A stretch of DNA of 64,000 nt from Anthoceros angustus. Taxonomy: Eukaryota > Plantae > Anthocerotophyta. The stretch is from contig MU008152.1 of NCBI GenBank assembly GCA_010909165.1, positions 558,001 through 622,000 of the forward strand, read 5' to 3'. This document shows, in pieces, positions 62,407-64,000 of the stretch; the first letter of the stretch is position 1, and each line of letters begins with the position of its first letter. Under the pieces are notes generated by a model. That model saw only the letters and a list, made by a program, of their open reading frames with translations, was not told the origin of the DNA and searched no databases. The translations under genes were made by a program, and so were the position numbers.

Positions 62407-63830
62407 CACAACCATGGGATCGTCGGTTATCAAGAAATCATTCTCCCCACAACCGGACCCCTCTCTATAATCGGGACATAGTTAGTAATCTCGCAAGAGG
62501 ACCTTCAACCAATGCCACAGTCGAGTGTCCACCCTTCTCCTCTCGAACAAACTCACGCACGTCGAGCATCCTTCTTGGATGAGAAGTGCCTTGGCGGTTT
62601 AGGAATGTCTTTTGGGAACTAAATAAGTTCCTTCACTGTGCACCAAGACACCATCAACTTTACCATCATCCTGCAGGATGGGTTGCGATGAAGAACTGCG
62701 GATTTGACACTGTCTTGTGTGTACGGCTTAGCCATGACTTCACCAAGGACCCTTGCTTTTTCCGTCCAAGGCTGGGTTTCCTTTTAGGAGCCATCGCAAA
62801 GCCAAAAAGAATTAGAGTGGACAAGGAACAAACCATCCTAAAGGAGAACTTCAAACAAAAATCAAAACCAAAAACACTTACGTGGTGTTCGAACTTCCAA
62901 AACGAACTTCCTCTGAAGGGTCTAAGATGATTATAAAACAATCCAAGACAAAGAGAGGTGTGGGGACATGGCATGAACATTCATTGAATCTACACATTGT
63001 TAAATTTAGTGATCCTTTCCACTTTATGTTAGTGAGAGAAGAGCACTCCTTTCCCAAAAATACCCACATACTTCCCGTAATTAGACCTATTTGCCAAATA
63101 ATAAGAACACAAAAACTGTTAGCCCAGCATAAACAAACAAAGACAGCATAACGACGAACATTCAATCGACTAATCAAGCAAGAAGAGGTTATCCACGATT
63201 CACGAGACGAATCGAACGTTAGGGCCAACCCTTCACACGATGAGTGAAGCCTACACACAAAAATTTGAATTAAATAACATAAGTGGTACCAAAGCAAACT
63301 CTTACCACAAAGAAGAACCAAACAATGACGAAAATGACAAAGACCATCGGTCAATACATCAAGAATCATACCATATCAAGGATAACAACATAAACAAAAC
63401 TTCAACCGTCGGACCAAAGCTTGTCCGAAAGCTTGTCGCACCAAAGCGAAAACCAATAAGAAAGAAAGCACGTTTTGCATGACAAAACAAACAAACGACA
63501 TGTAATTATAATTGTCAATGCAAGAGAAAAAGTAAACCAGGACAAATGTAACTCAAGTCACAGTTTGCACAGACTGTTAACCAACACTCTCTTACATTAA
63601 AAAATCTTGCGGCCAATTACTTCCTGCGTCTCAGACAAGAATACAAGACAATTAAAAAATGCTGCTCAACATAAAGAACAATGCAAGGTACTGAAAACAA
63701 GATAACTGATAGCATTTTTCAACAACAACATATGCGTAAAGCTAGAGTAACAAAATGACACAAAAGACGTTTCCTGACGTACCAAACAAGGTCCCAAACT
63801 GTGTCCGCCACTACATTTGAAACCTTGTAT
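62407..63830 (-). repeat. Second, indel-rich copy of 54047-55640 (5' region of the Crypton-like gene; MAPKRKP ATG at 62794)
   Basis: Collinear match from cacaaccatgggatcgtc onward, beginning immediately after the N. Confidence 0.85.
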
Positions 63831-64000
63831 TAGGAACGCCGAAGGCGTCACGGCGAGAACGGTCGAGGCCGCAGGCCGAGACCGTTTCAGGCCGTGGCGC
63901 CCGACGAGCGCTCGCTCGGGCGTAAGGGAGCGCCGAGGGCCGAGACGCCACCACTCGACTTCGACCGAGGTGTAGCCGAGGTCCGTATGCATCTTTAGAA

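Noticed and set aside
1-64000. rRNA, tRNA or prokaryotic operons
   Set aside because: None were recognised. The only tRNA-like sequences are the retroelement primer-binding sites.

Overview
A eukaryotic, repeat-saturated 64-kb window. The element types suggest a non-seed plant or streptophyte alga; this is inference, not shown by the sequence. No rRNA, tRNA, CRISPR array or recognisable housekeeping gene was found. The dominant feature is a non-chromovirus Ty3/Gypsy array on the minus strand (20135-46025) with three LTRs (LTR-internal-LTR-internal-LTR) and a GTCAT target-site duplication. Its LTRs are about 4.4 kb, and each contains a ~880-codon ORF with its own TATA-like box, lying downstream of the polypurine tract and therefore wholly inside U3. 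The array is nested in an older Gypsy element whose integrase ends in a PHD finger. Also present: a 5'-truncated CRE-like (RLE) non-LTR element with a 13-bp TSD, a broken L1-type LINE, three copies of an unknown spliced gene (one apparently intact), an intron-containing Crypton-like (DUF3504-type) tyrosine-recombinase pseudogene, a CACTA terminus and many minisatellites. The repeated segments show indel-rich, mosaic differences and there is an N at 62406. Many frameshifts and some duplications may therefore be assembly artefacts.
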